64,000 nucleotides of DNA from Lepidodermella squamata (Eukaryota; Animalia; Gastrotricha): NCBI GenBank assembly GCA_047495785.1, contig JBLDXI010000017.1, forward strand, positions 1,240,001 through 1,304,000, given 5' to 3'. Both the position numbers and the translations under genes were made by a program. Positions 1 through 12,357 of the stretch are shown here, one piece after another. A model generated the notes under the pieces. The model did not search any database. It worked only from the letters and a program-made list of their open reading frames with translations, and was not told the origin of the DNA. Within the stretch, counting starts at the first letter, position 1. Each line of letters starts with the position of its first letter.

Positions 1-496
1 AAAATGATTATGATGTCTTCCAAATTCTCAACATTATTAATATATTGGGAAAAAGTGTCTCTTTTATTGTAAAAATCGATGTTTTGTGGTGTTCGAAATT
101 CTTGTTGAAAAAATGAATAAAATAAAATTTGAATAAATCGAATTTTTTTGAATATCTGGTTTTTCGACGCATAAATTTCCCTATCGCCAATATTTTTCTG
201 CCGGTACGTTTGTAAATTCATATGCCGCGTGCTGGTATAGCACCATCGAAAAAATTAGCCGGCGTACTTTCGCACAGGTCGACGCGCCAATTTCTCGAAT
301 GAATAATTCAGCGCAGCTTTTTCACGCGTGCTATTGCTCTCCCCACGACAACGCCTTCGATCCGAAAATCGCAAGTCGTTTTGTCATAACAGCAGCAATA
401 ATAACCACCCTTAGAATGAATGAGCACTAAGCCCATTCTCAGCTGCAGTTTCTCACCTATACTGTTGGCTTTCGTTTTTGTGCGACGATCTAGTAA

Positions 497-2498
497 ATGA
501 AGACTGTCAATTTTTCCGAGCCAAATTCTGCTCCTTGGAAGTACTCCAAGTTCGACGAATGCAAGGAAGCTGAATGCGCCGTAGATGTGCTAGCTCCGCC
601 GCCCTATTCCCGACCTCCCGAAGACATCTGGCCAATGCATCGCTGTTCGGTACTTGATAAGGTCCTCCTCGATGACGGGACAAAATTCAAAAGCGCCCCG
701 GATATGTTGTTACCAAATTCCACCTACCGTAGCATGGTAACTACACGGAAGATCAAAAGTGCCTTCCCTACTACAACAAACGCTGAAGAAATCAAAGTTG
801 ACACTCAGAAGGCCGAGAAAATAATCAAGGTCCCTCAGCATCCCATTCAAATGGTTCCAACCCCGCGTCAACACCACGATTTGCGGTGTCGGAAGATGAA
901 AATGGAAGCCGAGGCTAGAATGTCGATGTTGTCGAAAAGCGACACAGTCTGTCCGAGTTCTGGCTTAACTGGCGGACGGGTTAACCTTGCGGAAAAGCCA
1001 ACCATCTGTGACCATCATCCAGATTCTAAGAAATGCTGGGCCAGAGTTCGACTACGTCAAAGTACGTCATGCGAGCCGATAAAACGGTCTATGCCTGCTT
1101 CAAAGCCCAAGATTCAAGTGACATCGTCTGAGTTGGCTGCTATAGACGATGACTATCTAATCACTAGCAAGGGTTACTTTGACGATGACGACCGTAAACT
1201 GTTACGCTTGAATGGAAGCCCTCCTCCGCCATCTCCAGAGAGTCAATTAACGAAGTTAGCGAAAACTGAAAACAAAACAGTTAGTAATCGTTCGAAAAGA
1301 ATCCCACCTAAAGTGGTTACCTACCCTACTCCGAACAAATCTCTCATTAAAGAGTCTAATGAGAAGTCCTTTTTTGTCGGATGTAGCAAAGAAAATTTGG
1401 ATAAAGATGACTTTGAAGATGATTCAATCCAATACTCAGCGTCTCCAAGTATCGGAAGCCCTGCAGTGTTCGATCCATCCCCAGTTTCTCCGAGGAAGAA
1501 AGGCCCTGAGCCTGAGAATCTTGTCCATCCATCCGTGAAGAAACTGGCAACAGGACCGATGAATAGAAGCCAGTCTGTTCCGTCAACTTACACCATGATC
1601 ACTCTCACGCCATCAGCAGTGCCACCACCAAACAGCGTCGCGCCGCCCCCATCTGCGTTTTTAGGATCCTTGGATAACTTGACATCCTCCGCATTGGTAA
1701 CAAGGGCCGTACGCCATGAAAGTGAGCCCGCCATTAAAAATGCAGTGACCGAACTGCCGACGCCAGTAGAGGAAGCTACCGTCGCTGGCCATTCAGGTTT
1801 GAGTTGCTTATTTCTTTTCGCCTCTGTAGTATTTAACTAGAACTGCATGATTTTGAGCTTGAATGAAATCCGGATGAATGATGAATGATGCTTTTTATGA
1901 TAGATGTCAAGAAGTGGGAAAGTCGACGAATTACTGATTCTGCGAAACGGAAACTTCTCGAAAACATTGCTGCAACTCAACAGAACGCTGCTGAGAGGAA
2001 AAAGTGGGATCCTAATAAAATTAAGGCGGGTTTAATGCCTTTCGGTGAGTTTCTGCCATACCACTTAATCCTCTTTAACTTTCGGTTGGTTTTACAGAGG
2101 AGTATTTCAGACTTCGTCTCAACCGAATGGCTGTACTGGAGAAAGAGTCGAAAAAGGCTAATGAAAGAATAGATAGCCGGCGAAAATCGCCTCAACGCGA
2201 TCAGCCAATGAATGCTAATAACCACAAATCGAAGAAGGATCGGAAGGTTAGCATCTCAAACGATGCGATGGTTATGAATTACCATCATGGCAGTAGTAAC
2301 TGGGCTCGCAGTACTATATCGGCGTCGTCTCGAGCTTCTTCGCGACTAACTTACGCGAAGCACACAACGCTGCACCGCTTTGAAGACCACAGTCAGACAA
2401 TTACGAAGCAGCTCATCGACTTTGTTCAGGGTGATAAGCCTCACATAACTGCTGCTACCTTAGTTTTTGCTAGTAACAGGACGGAGAAGGCGCATTGA
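497..2498 (+). CDS. Uncharacterised Pro/Ser/Lys-rich protein, 3 exons (497-1796, 1904-2044, 2098-2498); paralog of the 27196-29479 gene
   Basis: The 447-aa ORF joins the 1885 and 2127 ORF frames through GT-AG junctions that keep frame (CAG|gtttga...tag|AT; TTCG|gtgag...acag|AG). It shares APDMLLPNSTYR, PxHxCS and LNGSP motifs with the 27196 gene. Confidence 0.75.
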
Positions 2499-2592
2499 AA
2501 GTTTAGCTGGATGTTAATTTGGGTGCTTATTAGATCACTATGCTGAAAATGAATAAAACTACAAGATTTATTTGCTAGTCTCGAAAACAGGT

Positions 2593-3353
2593 CTATTTGA
2601 AAGCTGATTTTTCCCAGTCGCCCAAACAGCAGCAATAGGCACACGGGTAGATGACCATTACCGGAAAGAAGAAGATCCAGATCAATCTGAAAAATGGTTC
2701 ATTTTCAAGCATATATGCATAAGCTGCATTCGATGTTTTACTTACAATTGGGCCCACCACGGCCACTGCTCGGGCTGAGGTGTAACAGTTTTCACGATAA
2801 TCGTAGCATATCGTGTAACAGCTGAAATATGGCACGAAACTAGGTAGAAATGTCAGAGATTCAAAGCTAGCATTTACTCAAGGTTGTAGGTGGAGGCGTT
2901 GTAGTCCCTGGAACGCATCTGAAAGACATTACAGGAAAATGCAAGAATGACCAATGTCTTCTGTCTTCAACTCTCACTTTCCAGGCGAAGTCCATTGCCC
3001 AGATGGCTGGCAGGCTATTGTACTGCTTCCAGATGTTATGTAGCCGTTGTTGCAATTCAGCCAACGAAGGCTTGTGACTGAATTGCCACTGTCAGCACTG
3101 AATTTTCCATTGGCAACGGTTGGAATAGCTGAATCGGGACACTGCACGGCCTGACGTCTTTGGCGAATGAAATAATCAATCTGTAAAAAGAGACTGATAC
3201 TTGCTCATCTGCAACATCAACTGAAATAGTCACATTTCCATCGCTCGTTTGTGCGTTGCGCTGATGAGCTGATGATGCATGAACGCTATGGGATATCAGC
3301 AACAGCGCTAATTTTGCTACAATCACGTTCAAATGGGTTACCGGTAGAATCAT
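2593..3353 (-). CDS. Array gene A: signal peptide + Sushi/CCP + Thr-rich stalk + TM + Cys-rich tail, with no protease domain
   Basis: The spliced reading gives MILPVTHLNVIVAKLALLLI.., then VQCPDSAIPTVANGKFS..LNCNNGYITSGSSTIACQPSGQWTSPG (Sushi C-P..G..C..G..C...W), KTVTPQPEQWPWWAQL and IWIFFFPVMVIYPCAYCCCLGDWEKSAFK*. Confidence 0.7.
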
Positions 3354-3820
3354 TTTATATTTTACATGTAAATAAATAACATGTGTTTATAACCGATATT
3401 ATTGTTGCTGTAACGGTGCGTTACTTGATCCTAAAACCTAATACCTAATTCAGACGTTCACGTTGCTGTTTACATTTTCGCATCTGTTGAGAGTTTATAT
3501 GCTACTCATCGCGGCAAAGTTGTCACAAACAAAAACATTGAGGGAAATTGTTTTCGAGCAGCTTTGGCTCCCGTTATACGAAAAAACAGTTCCGGCAACT
3601 GGAACCAGCACATTGATGAACCATAGATATGAGGGGTCACTTGCCGCGTGGAAATAACATTCTTCACTTGAAGATGGCCATTGAACTGCTTCAAAGCTTG
3701 CTTCTACGGGTTATGACTTTCATGATGATTGAAAAGACGCGTCAGAAATCGAAAATTTAATTTTACTTTATTCATAAGGCTCTTTTTCCAAAAATGATCA
3801 ATAATTATTGAGTAAAAGTT

Positions 3821-5310
3821 CTATTTAGTGGTTCCATCCGGATTGTAGTGTCGCTCCCAAGCACACACTTGACAACTATACATTATGCAGTAGGTGATGA
3901 GCGATGGAAAGAAGAGCAGGCCCATGATCAGCATAGCCCACCACGGAATTTTCTCTGGCCTGGGCGCCGCTTTGACAACACGGACTTCAACATCCTTGGC
4001 TTTAATCAAAATAGTGAAAAATCGTTATCAGCCGCGTTTAAAAGAAGCTGTAACCAACCAAATAGAGTCGTGGTTTGATCGCCTCGAATGTTAGGTCCAC
4101 GACCACCGGATGCAGTTGTAGTTGACGGAATGATGCAGTTGCCACCTAAAACCCAACCGCCATTGGTGCACGACGCGCTATTCGCTCCTTGCAGAGTGTA
4201 CCCATTGTCACATGCGATTTCTCGAACAGCGCCATTTCCGTAAGCTCCAGGCAACGCATAGCCGTTCGGAACTGTCACAATAGGATTGCAGTCATCGGCT
4301 AAACATTGGATCTATTAATCACTGAAATTGCACGTGAGAAAACAAATACCCCCAGATTGCCTAGCGACAATCTTTTTGACCGCACGAGCTGTTGCTTGAA
4401 GATCTACAGCTATCCTCTTGATCCAAGGTAAGGCTCTGCAAACATTACTGTAGACAAGAGGTTTATCAGCTTTAAGGCATTTGGTATCGCGGTAGCTCGA
4501 CACGCCACCGATGTAGTAGGTTTGAGTTGAAAAGTCGCTGCACAGCAATGCGTAACCAGGAACCTCGGAAATGCAGCTTTCGGCATCTTCGACGGATTGG
4601 CGCGATGCACATAATTCCATTGCTTTTTCAGTTGAAGCCTCCTTAATACCGCAATCAGCCAAAGTCTGTAATGAAATTGCTGATTTCTCCAACACAGATT
4701 TTGACCCATTGAAAAGGCCGCTGAATGCAAAACCGGTTGGGCGGAGGCAGATAGCGGTTGAGTTTCGGCTGTCTGCTTCCGCGTCGCATTGTTCCGCGCC
4801 GGGAAGAGCAATCGGTAGTATCTTTTCATCGAATTCAGAGATCGGTCGTGTCAGGCGAATTAAGGCTAGGTTTATGCTGCCATGCGAGGGTTTAAGCTGT
4901 GGCTCTGTCCAAATTTTAATAGAAGAGTTCCTCGTTATTGTTTGACTTTGATCTTCGGGTAAATGGGCGAATTTGACTTGGATCCTGCGTAAACACAACT
5001 TTCGAAGCTCACATTCTCATACATGGTGACAATATTACTTTGATGCGTAGTGTGAACCGTTTTTCACGCAGTTAGCAGCGGTCAATAACCATGAGCTTGA
5101 AAGTAAGGTAGCCCCACAGTCGATCACCTTAGCATTAGGGAACGTGCTTGTAATCGAAACCTGGATGTACAAGGTCATAATGTATAAATTGGCTTTTTAA
5201 TTATTATAGGTTCATACAGTCCATGGAAACTCGTTCTTCGAGATTTTCTGCAACCCGTCGGCCATTACCGCAGTTGCTAGACAAGCCGTGACCAACCAGA
5301 GCCCAGCCAT
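3821..5310 (-). CDS. Array gene B (subfamily 1): inactive trypsin-like domain + Sushi + TM + Cys tail
   Basis: Signal MAGLWLVTACLATAVMA, then EFPWT and CGATLLSSSWLLTAANC (His>Asn), INLALI, VPGYALLC; Sushi ORF 4006-4278; tail WWAMLIMGLLFFPSLITYCIMYSCQVCAWERHYNPDGTTK*. Confidence 0.8.
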
Positions 5311-5403
5311 ACAGATAAATACTCTACAGGTATAAGACAAATCATCAACGAAGCTGTAATTTATCCTTTATAGACTCTAGGTATATAGGATCATTCGAAT
5401 CAA

Positions 5404-7362
5404 TTATTTAAAGTTCGCTTTCTCCCAGTCGTTTAGACAACAGCAATAGCCGCATGGATATATCACCATCACAGGGAAGAAGAAGATCCATATCAGCCTG
5501 TAATAACGGGGAAAAAAATGAAGGTGGAAATGAACTTATTCGATAACTCACAATTGGGCCCACCACGGCCATTGTTCGGGCTGAGGTGTAACAGTTTTCA
5601 CGATGATCGTAGCGTACCTCGTTACAGCTTTAAATATCATAGGTACATTTAGGTTAAATGAAGGCTTCTAGTAATTTCTTGGAGAAACTCACTGGCGGTA
5701 GTTGGGACTACGGTTGTTGTTCCTGGCACGCACGTCCCAGGGCTAGACCATTCCCCAGACGGTTGGCATACAACAGTGCTACTGCCCGATGTTATGAAAC
5801 CGTCATTACACAATAGTTTTCGAATGCTGGTGACTGTGTTGCCGCCATCGGGGCTGAAATTGCCGTTAGCAACTTTAGGCAGTGCAGAATCCGGGCACGT
5901 AGCGCTGGTGTCTAGGCTGCGCGATTCAACAACATAGGAGGAGGCGAGTGTGGTAGATCTGGTTCGCCTGGGTGGAGTTGTTGCAGCGGTTGTTTCTGAG
6001 TGTTAATAAAAATGATCTATCAGCACTGATTTTGTTTTTAATTTTAAAATGCTTAAGCGCCCAATTCATAATTTCAATATCATAAGATACAATTTCACGA
6101 CAGGTGAAGAACTTCAGGATAGAAGTGAAATAAGAGAGATAAGAATGCCAACTCATTAGCGGGTCGAAAATGAAAGGAGGGCATTTTTATGAGTTGCGTT
6201 AGTTACCCTCGGTGATTTCCCCGTTATCGATCTCCACAGGTGGCGTTGTTGGAGCCAATGTAGGCGTAGTTCGCCTTCGTGGTGTTGTAGTGCGGGCTTG
6301 ACGTGGTCTGATTTCTGAAAACAAATGGTTGTAATACCGAACGTAGATATTTGGATGAGTCAGCAAACCTTCCATTTGAACAGCTGATTCGGGTGCCATG
6401 GTTTCTAACCCGGTAGTCCGTTGAATCCATGTCAGTACCCTGCATACTCTCGCGTATACAGCAGGCTTATCTGACGCGGCCGAGCATGCTTCGCTCTCTC
6501 CATACGAAGCGATTCCGATCAAAGTAAGATAGTCATTGCAAATCAAAGGACTTCCCGAGTTGTCCCAGCAAAAGGGCTCAGCTGAGCCTCCGGCGCAAAT
6601 CTTAGCGTCCGTAAAAGATCCAAGGCCGATGTCCGAGCATTTAGAATAGGCATTTAGGTTTTGCTTGATTTTCTTCAAACCGTCTGAAACTAGCCGCTCT
6701 TCCCCCTCGGTGCCACTTCCAATGACAAACGCAGTCTCACAAGCGTCGACGAAACCCTCCTCAGTCCCGTTGTACTCGTTGGTCATACAAGATTCTTCCG
6801 ACGGAAGGTCTATCGGACGTAGCAAAGTGTTACCCAAGGTCTTCTTATCCAGTTGAAGCAGCGCGAGGTCAAAATTCGATTTCCCGCTGCGGCCGAAGTG
6901 CGGATAAATGATGATTGATGACCGGTTGAAGATCGTGAAGCTCATTTCGGTATCGTCACCAATTTTCAGGTTAGGCTTGATCCGAACTGTTACGCTGTTA
7001 TAAAGGTGATCTCAAATCAATTTGCGAGAGATTATTATGTTTGAAAGTTTACCTCATTGCGATGACATTGTGGGGCTGTCTGACGCAATGAGCTGCGGTC
7101 AAGACCCATTGATTAGCAACCAAAACTCCGCTACATCTCAATGTATGCCAGACATTGTCGATTAAAAATAAGCTCGTGATTGAACTCTAGAATAGACTTG
7201 GTTGATAAGTTCTATCATTGCGAAGGTTCAAATTACCATAAACGAATAGTCAGTTGTCGAAGCTCGTTGCAACCGATCTCCGGAAGCATCGGAATCATAC
7301 TCGAAGGCGTAGCTCGATGCAATGATAGCCGCCCCTAACAGCAGCAATGGATCTAGGCGCAT
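5404..7362 (-). CDS. Array gene C (subfamily 2): trypsin-like domain with intact His/Asp/Ser + stalk + Sushi + TM + Cys tail
   Basis: Signal MRLDPLLLLGAAIIASSYA; CSGVLVANQWVLTAAHC; NFDLALL; CWDNSGSPLIC; PAVYARV; Sushi exon at about 5715-5900; tail IWIFFFPVMVIYPCGYCCCLNDWEKANFK*. Confidence 0.8.
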
Positions 7363-7736
7363 TTCAAATCCGTCCGAGAGAAAGCGTTAATATACGGGAA
7401 AAATTCGGTATAACTATGGAAGATGGGTCACCTAGCTTGTTGTTTTCGTTTGTTACCTTCGGTGTTAATGATTTAGCGCGGTGTTATAACGATGTTTTGC
7501 GAGAAACTCGTATGTCACTGTAAACAAAAAACAATGCCCCCTATTAAATGTGAGCACAAATAAGGCACGATGTACCCTCCAATGCAAATGCTGGATAGAA
7601 ACAACACTTTACCACATCATTCGATTCTGTTTTTTTTACTTCAAATTTTTGGAATAGGTATGTTCTGAAAAATAAGCTGAGAAGCCAAACTGCTCATACC
7701 CGTTTTTTCATAAAATGATTAATGACGTTGAGCTAT

Positions 7737-8899
7737 TCAGATAATAACTGTTCCATCGGGCCTGTGATGTCGCTCCCAAGCGCAAATTTGACAGCCGTAC
7801 ATGCACAGGTAGCAGAAAAGAGCTGGAACGCAGAAAATTGACATGAGGAGCAAAGCCCACCACTCGACCAATTGAGGCTTTGGAGCTCCTTTAACTACCG
7901 GCACTTCGACGTCCTTTGCTGAAAATGTGAATCATCTTATTGCGATTATTTAGATTGATAACTTTAGTTTACTTATATAAACCACTTCAGGGCCTCCTCC
8001 AGCAGCATGTTTAGCCATAGCTTTCTTGACACTGCCATTCGCCGAATTAGTTTCCCGTATATTGAACCTGATCCATTCAAGGGCGCTGCAAACCCAGCTA
8101 TATGAGAGAGGCTTGTTAGCGGTATCACACAGCTTTTCTCGATCACTTGTAATGCCACCGAAGAAATATGACCCATGCGGAGATTCCTTGCACATTAGAG
8201 CTTGTCCTTCGACTTCTGAAACACAACTTTCGTCATGGTCTAGCCGCGCAGCACAAATTTTTCCCGTGTCGTAAGTTTCAATTCCGCAGTCGTCTAGAGG
8301 TTTTAACAGCATGTTCGACGCAGTGAGAACAGCTCCGCTTCTATCGCGGCTGCTCTGAAAGCCAAGCACTGAGGGAAAGGCACAGTTATCAATGGCATCG
8401 CATTGTTTATCGCTGGGGAGTGCGATTGGCGAGACGCTCCTATCGAATCTCGAAATCGGGCGAGTGAGCCGTAATAACGCGAAGTTTAAATGACTGCTGG
8501 TCTCGTTGTTCTGCTCCTCGTCAGCGAAAATCTTTATAAAGCTGCTTCTTGAAATCATATGAACTTGATCGACCGGCGAGTTGGCGAATTGAACCTTCAC
8601 ACTAAGGCGGCATTAGAATAGAGAGCAGGTGGAAACTCCAACATACTTCGAAGCTAAGGTTGTCCCGTTATGAACACAGCGAGCTGAAGTGAGCAACCAT
8701 GCGCTGGATATTAAGGTAGCCCCGCAGTGTGACGATGCTCCGTCAGCAAAAGTCGAAGTTATCCAAGCCTGTTGATAATGAAAGCCATGATATCTGCAAC
8801 TTGTTTTCGACTATATTTTACCGTCCATGGAAACTCGACAGCTCCTTCAGACATCGCAATATCGGGAAGGATGGCCAGTATCAGCCACAACGCAGACAT
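7737..8899 (-). CDS. Array gene D (subfamily 1): inactive trypsin-like domain + TM + Cys tail (no Sushi)
   Basis: Signal MSALWLILAILPDIAMS; EFPWT; CGATLISSAWLLTSARC; ORF 7950-8600; last exon EWWALLLMSIFCVPALFCYLCMYGCQICAWERHHRPDGTVII*. Confidence 0.8.
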
Positions 8900-9028
8900 T
8901 GAGATTAACTTGAAACCTATAACTACGAATAAAAGCCTTTCAAATTTGAATTAGGTAATGTTATCGCTTTTAGAGTTTTGACAAACTTCAGTTCAAAATA
9001 GCAGGGAGTTAAAAAGTTTCTGTTAAAG

Positions 9029-11400
9029 TTATTTTCTAAATTGAGCAGCCTCCCATTGATCGATACAGCAGGAGTAACAACATGGGTAGAAACACATGAC
9101 TGGGAAGAAAAAAATCCAAATCAGCCTGAAATTATAAAATTTTATGAATTGATAAGATTTACTCACGAAGAGTGACTTACATCTGAACCCACCACGCCCT
9201 AAAGAGTATAAAAATATGAATTTAATTTACTGAGTATTTACAATTAATTACCATTGTTCAGGTTGCGGCTGAATCGTCTTAGTGATCTTAGTCACCATTC
9301 TAGTCACAACTGAATGTAAAGCAATGTAATATCCACGTACATCTCCCGATGAAACCGATAGGACTTACCTACGGTGATAGCAGGTGGTGGTGTGACGGCT
9401 GAACTTGGAACCTGTTTCAAGCATGATTGGCCAGTAAATTGAAGATAATGCTTGTAGCAAAAACAAACGCAAGCTCCAGAAGTTGACCATTGGCCTGTTG
9501 ATTGGCAAACGATGAAGGGGTTCCCAACCAGAACGAAACCGTTCGTGCAAGTCAACGTTCTGATGCTTGACGCGGTATTTCCACCCGAGCTGAATAGGCC
9601 ATTCGGAATAGCTGGAATCATGCCATCGTAACACGTTACATCGTCAACGACAAGATCGCGAGGAGCAGGGGGTTCGTGTGTTCGGCGTCTTGTTGTTTTC
9701 TTGGGCACTGAAGACATCGATTCATTGAAAAAAGAGGTAAATGTATTTGAGAATGCGAATTACCTTCGTAATCGTCTTCAAGATCACGAGGAGGAGTGGT
9801 AGGAGGGCCTCGGCGTCTTTTGGTTGTCTTAGGCGCTGGAGAAATCGATTAAATTACAAAGAAGCTACTGAATTTGAAAACGCGACTTACTTTCAATGTC
9901 GTCTTCTAGATCACGAGGAGGAACGGTGGGGGTGCCTCGGCGTTTTATGGTTGTTTCGGTTGCTGGAAGTCGATTATATTAAAGAGAAGCAGATGAATTT
10001 GATAGCACGACTTACCTTCGTTGTCATCTTCGAGATCACGAGGAGGAATGGTTGGAGTGCCTCGACGTTTTTTTGTTGTCTCAGGTGCTAGAAAAATTGA
10101 TTAAATTACAAAGCAGCTAATGAATTTGAGAACATGACTTACCTTCGGTGTCGTCTTCAAGATCACGAAGAGGAGTGCTTGGAGGGCCTTGGCGTCTTGT
10201 ACGTGCGGTTGTAATGGGCTCGGGTTCTTGGGAATCAATTCAAATAAGGATGAGTAAAATTTGACAACACAACTTGCCATTGGTCTCGTCATCAAGGTCT
10301 CGAGGGCCAACCGTCGGGGTTGCGCGACGTTTCAGTGTAGTTCTTCCGGTTGTAATTAGTTCACTTCCTTGATGATTCGATGTATGCGTAAAAGAGAGGA
10401 ATGTGAGAGTGCGACCTACCGTTGGTTTTGGCAACTTCTGCTCAAGAAAACGTCGTTGAAATTATTTGAACTACTAATCATATAAGCAAACCTTCCATTT
10501 GCAAAGCCTGAAGAGGGTTTGTAAGACCAGTTATTCGCCGAATCCAGGTTAGTACGCGGCATATCCTGGCGTAGACGTAAACAGCCGGTTTGCCGGGCAA
10601 GCACTCATCGTTTTCTCCATATGACGCGATTCCAAGCAGCGATTTAGTGTTCTCGCTAACCAAGGGACTCCCGGCATTCGCCTTTATACTACAGAATGGC
10701 TCAGTCACTTCTCCAACACATAATTTCGTGTCAGAGGAATATTCCAGGTCACATTCTGAATAAGCTTTGAGCTGAAGATTCAACTTATTCAAGTTCCCAT
10801 CTGCATCGATGATTAAGGAAAATTGTTCCTCGGGAGCCTCATCTCCGCCCTTTATCGAACACGATCCGCCGTCGGGCAGGCTTATAGTTTCAAGCTCAGT
10901 TCCATACAGGCTATCTCTGCCTAAATCGATTAGAGCAAAATCGAAGTTGTATTTACCATTCCTGCCAAAGTGAGGATGAATGATGATTGATGATTTGCCG
11001 GCGACTTGAATCGTCTTTGAAAGGAAACCAAGCTGAACAGTAGCACTAGAAAACGATTGAGAATACAGTAATAGCCAAGGGGATTGTAGATGTACTTCGA
11101 GGCAACGATGTTATTGTTATTTCGGAGGCAATGGGCCGCTGTCAATAACCAGTGATCACCAATGAGAACGCCGCTGCATTTTACTTTTTCCCGCAAGTCG
11201 CCAACACGAAACACACTGCTTACGGTTGCCTGGTGACAAAAAGCTAGCATATCAAGTAATTGGAACGTTAACTCGATCCGAACCAAGTAAGGATATTCGC
11301 TGAAGGCAGATTTCACTGTAATGACGTCGACAGAGAAAACCAAAGCGACAAGCGATGCAACAAATATCGATGAAAGAAAATTGCTTCTATTACCAATCAT
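9029..11400 (-). CDS. Array gene E (subfamily 2): trypsin-like domain (Ser>Ala) + repeated stalk exons + Sushi + TM + Cys tail
   Basis: Signal MIGNRSNFLSSIFVASLVALVFS; WLLTAAHC, NFDFALI, ANAGSPL; tandem stalk exons at 9764-10360; Sushi at about 9470-9640; tail IWIFFFPVMCFYPCCYSCCIDQWEAAQFRK*. Confidence 0.8.
9764..10226 (-). repeat. Tandem 126-bp exon+intron units encoding the stalk of gene E
   Basis: Splice donors recur at a 126-bp period (about 9763, 9889, 10015, 10141). Each exon encodes xPxTT(K/R)RRGxPxxPPRDLEDDxE. Confidence 0.8.
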
Positions 11401-12357
11401 CTCACATATAGTCAAAAACATTTAATAAACATAATTTTAAACTTGTTTCGACCCAAGCTTTATACCCTTCGCCAATGTACCGGTATAAATAAATAGGGAT
11501 CCATTTAGCTCGTGTTTTCGAAAACAAAGATGCCTAGGCAGGCAAACTTTTGCGATTTCGCATGGTTAGAATTTTGGCTCCCAAATAATTGCCGTGGCCC
11601 AGGTTCGAAATTTTTACATGTATACTGTAACCGAACGTGGACGCTACCCGAGTGATATCATGTATTTTATCTTCCACATTAAAATAAACAAAAACAGCGC
11701 ATAGGTAAACAGGCAGGACCTCATAATACGACACTTTGGTTATAATTAACCCTTGCGCCTCGTTTGAGACACTTTGCGCCACTGCGAGAGGTGACTCGCG
11801 GCTCAACATAAAAATGGCTTTAAGATTTACGCATTTATATAATAGGATAAGTAGGATGTGCTTGAATTGGCCACTATCTGAAGAGCTTGCGGTGCTTCAT
11901 GATACAACAATTGTCCCTAGGAGAACAAGCAAAAGCTGTCATAGCTGCTGATTTTACTTCCAACCCCCGCTTTTATGTGTTTAGCTCGCCAGGCTTTCAA
12001 CTAAGTGCCAATCGCCTGAAATTTGATGGAGATTTGATGCGATTTCAACGAACATATTCTTACCTTGACCGAAAGAGTTTCAAGTTTCGGCTGCTTTGAA
12101 ATTGAGGTTGTCGTTAGGAAGTCAGTTACAATATCTCAAATATCAAAGCCCTTTCGCGAAAACTCAAATGCCATTGTAAACATAAAGCAAAGACTCTTTA
12201 GGTTGCGAGCGCGCATGTGTTACAGTGCCCCAGATTTCGCGACCACGCGATTTATTTGTACTTCAACTTTTTTTATTAGAAATCAATAAGCCGATCAGAT
12301 CGGTGCCAAACTTCGCATGCAATTTTTTACAAATAACGTTTCAGGATACTGATTTAT

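Noticed and set aside
5310-5404. Stop-codon readthrough or fusion of paired genes into one protein
   Set aside because: The downstream genes have their own signal peptides and the spacers are AT-rich with variable lengths, so separate proteins are more plausible.
9764-10226. Regularly spaced repeats resembling a CRISPR array
   Set aside because: The units are spliceable exons with GT/AG ends that encode a peptide repeat, the context is eukaryotic, and there are no cas genes.
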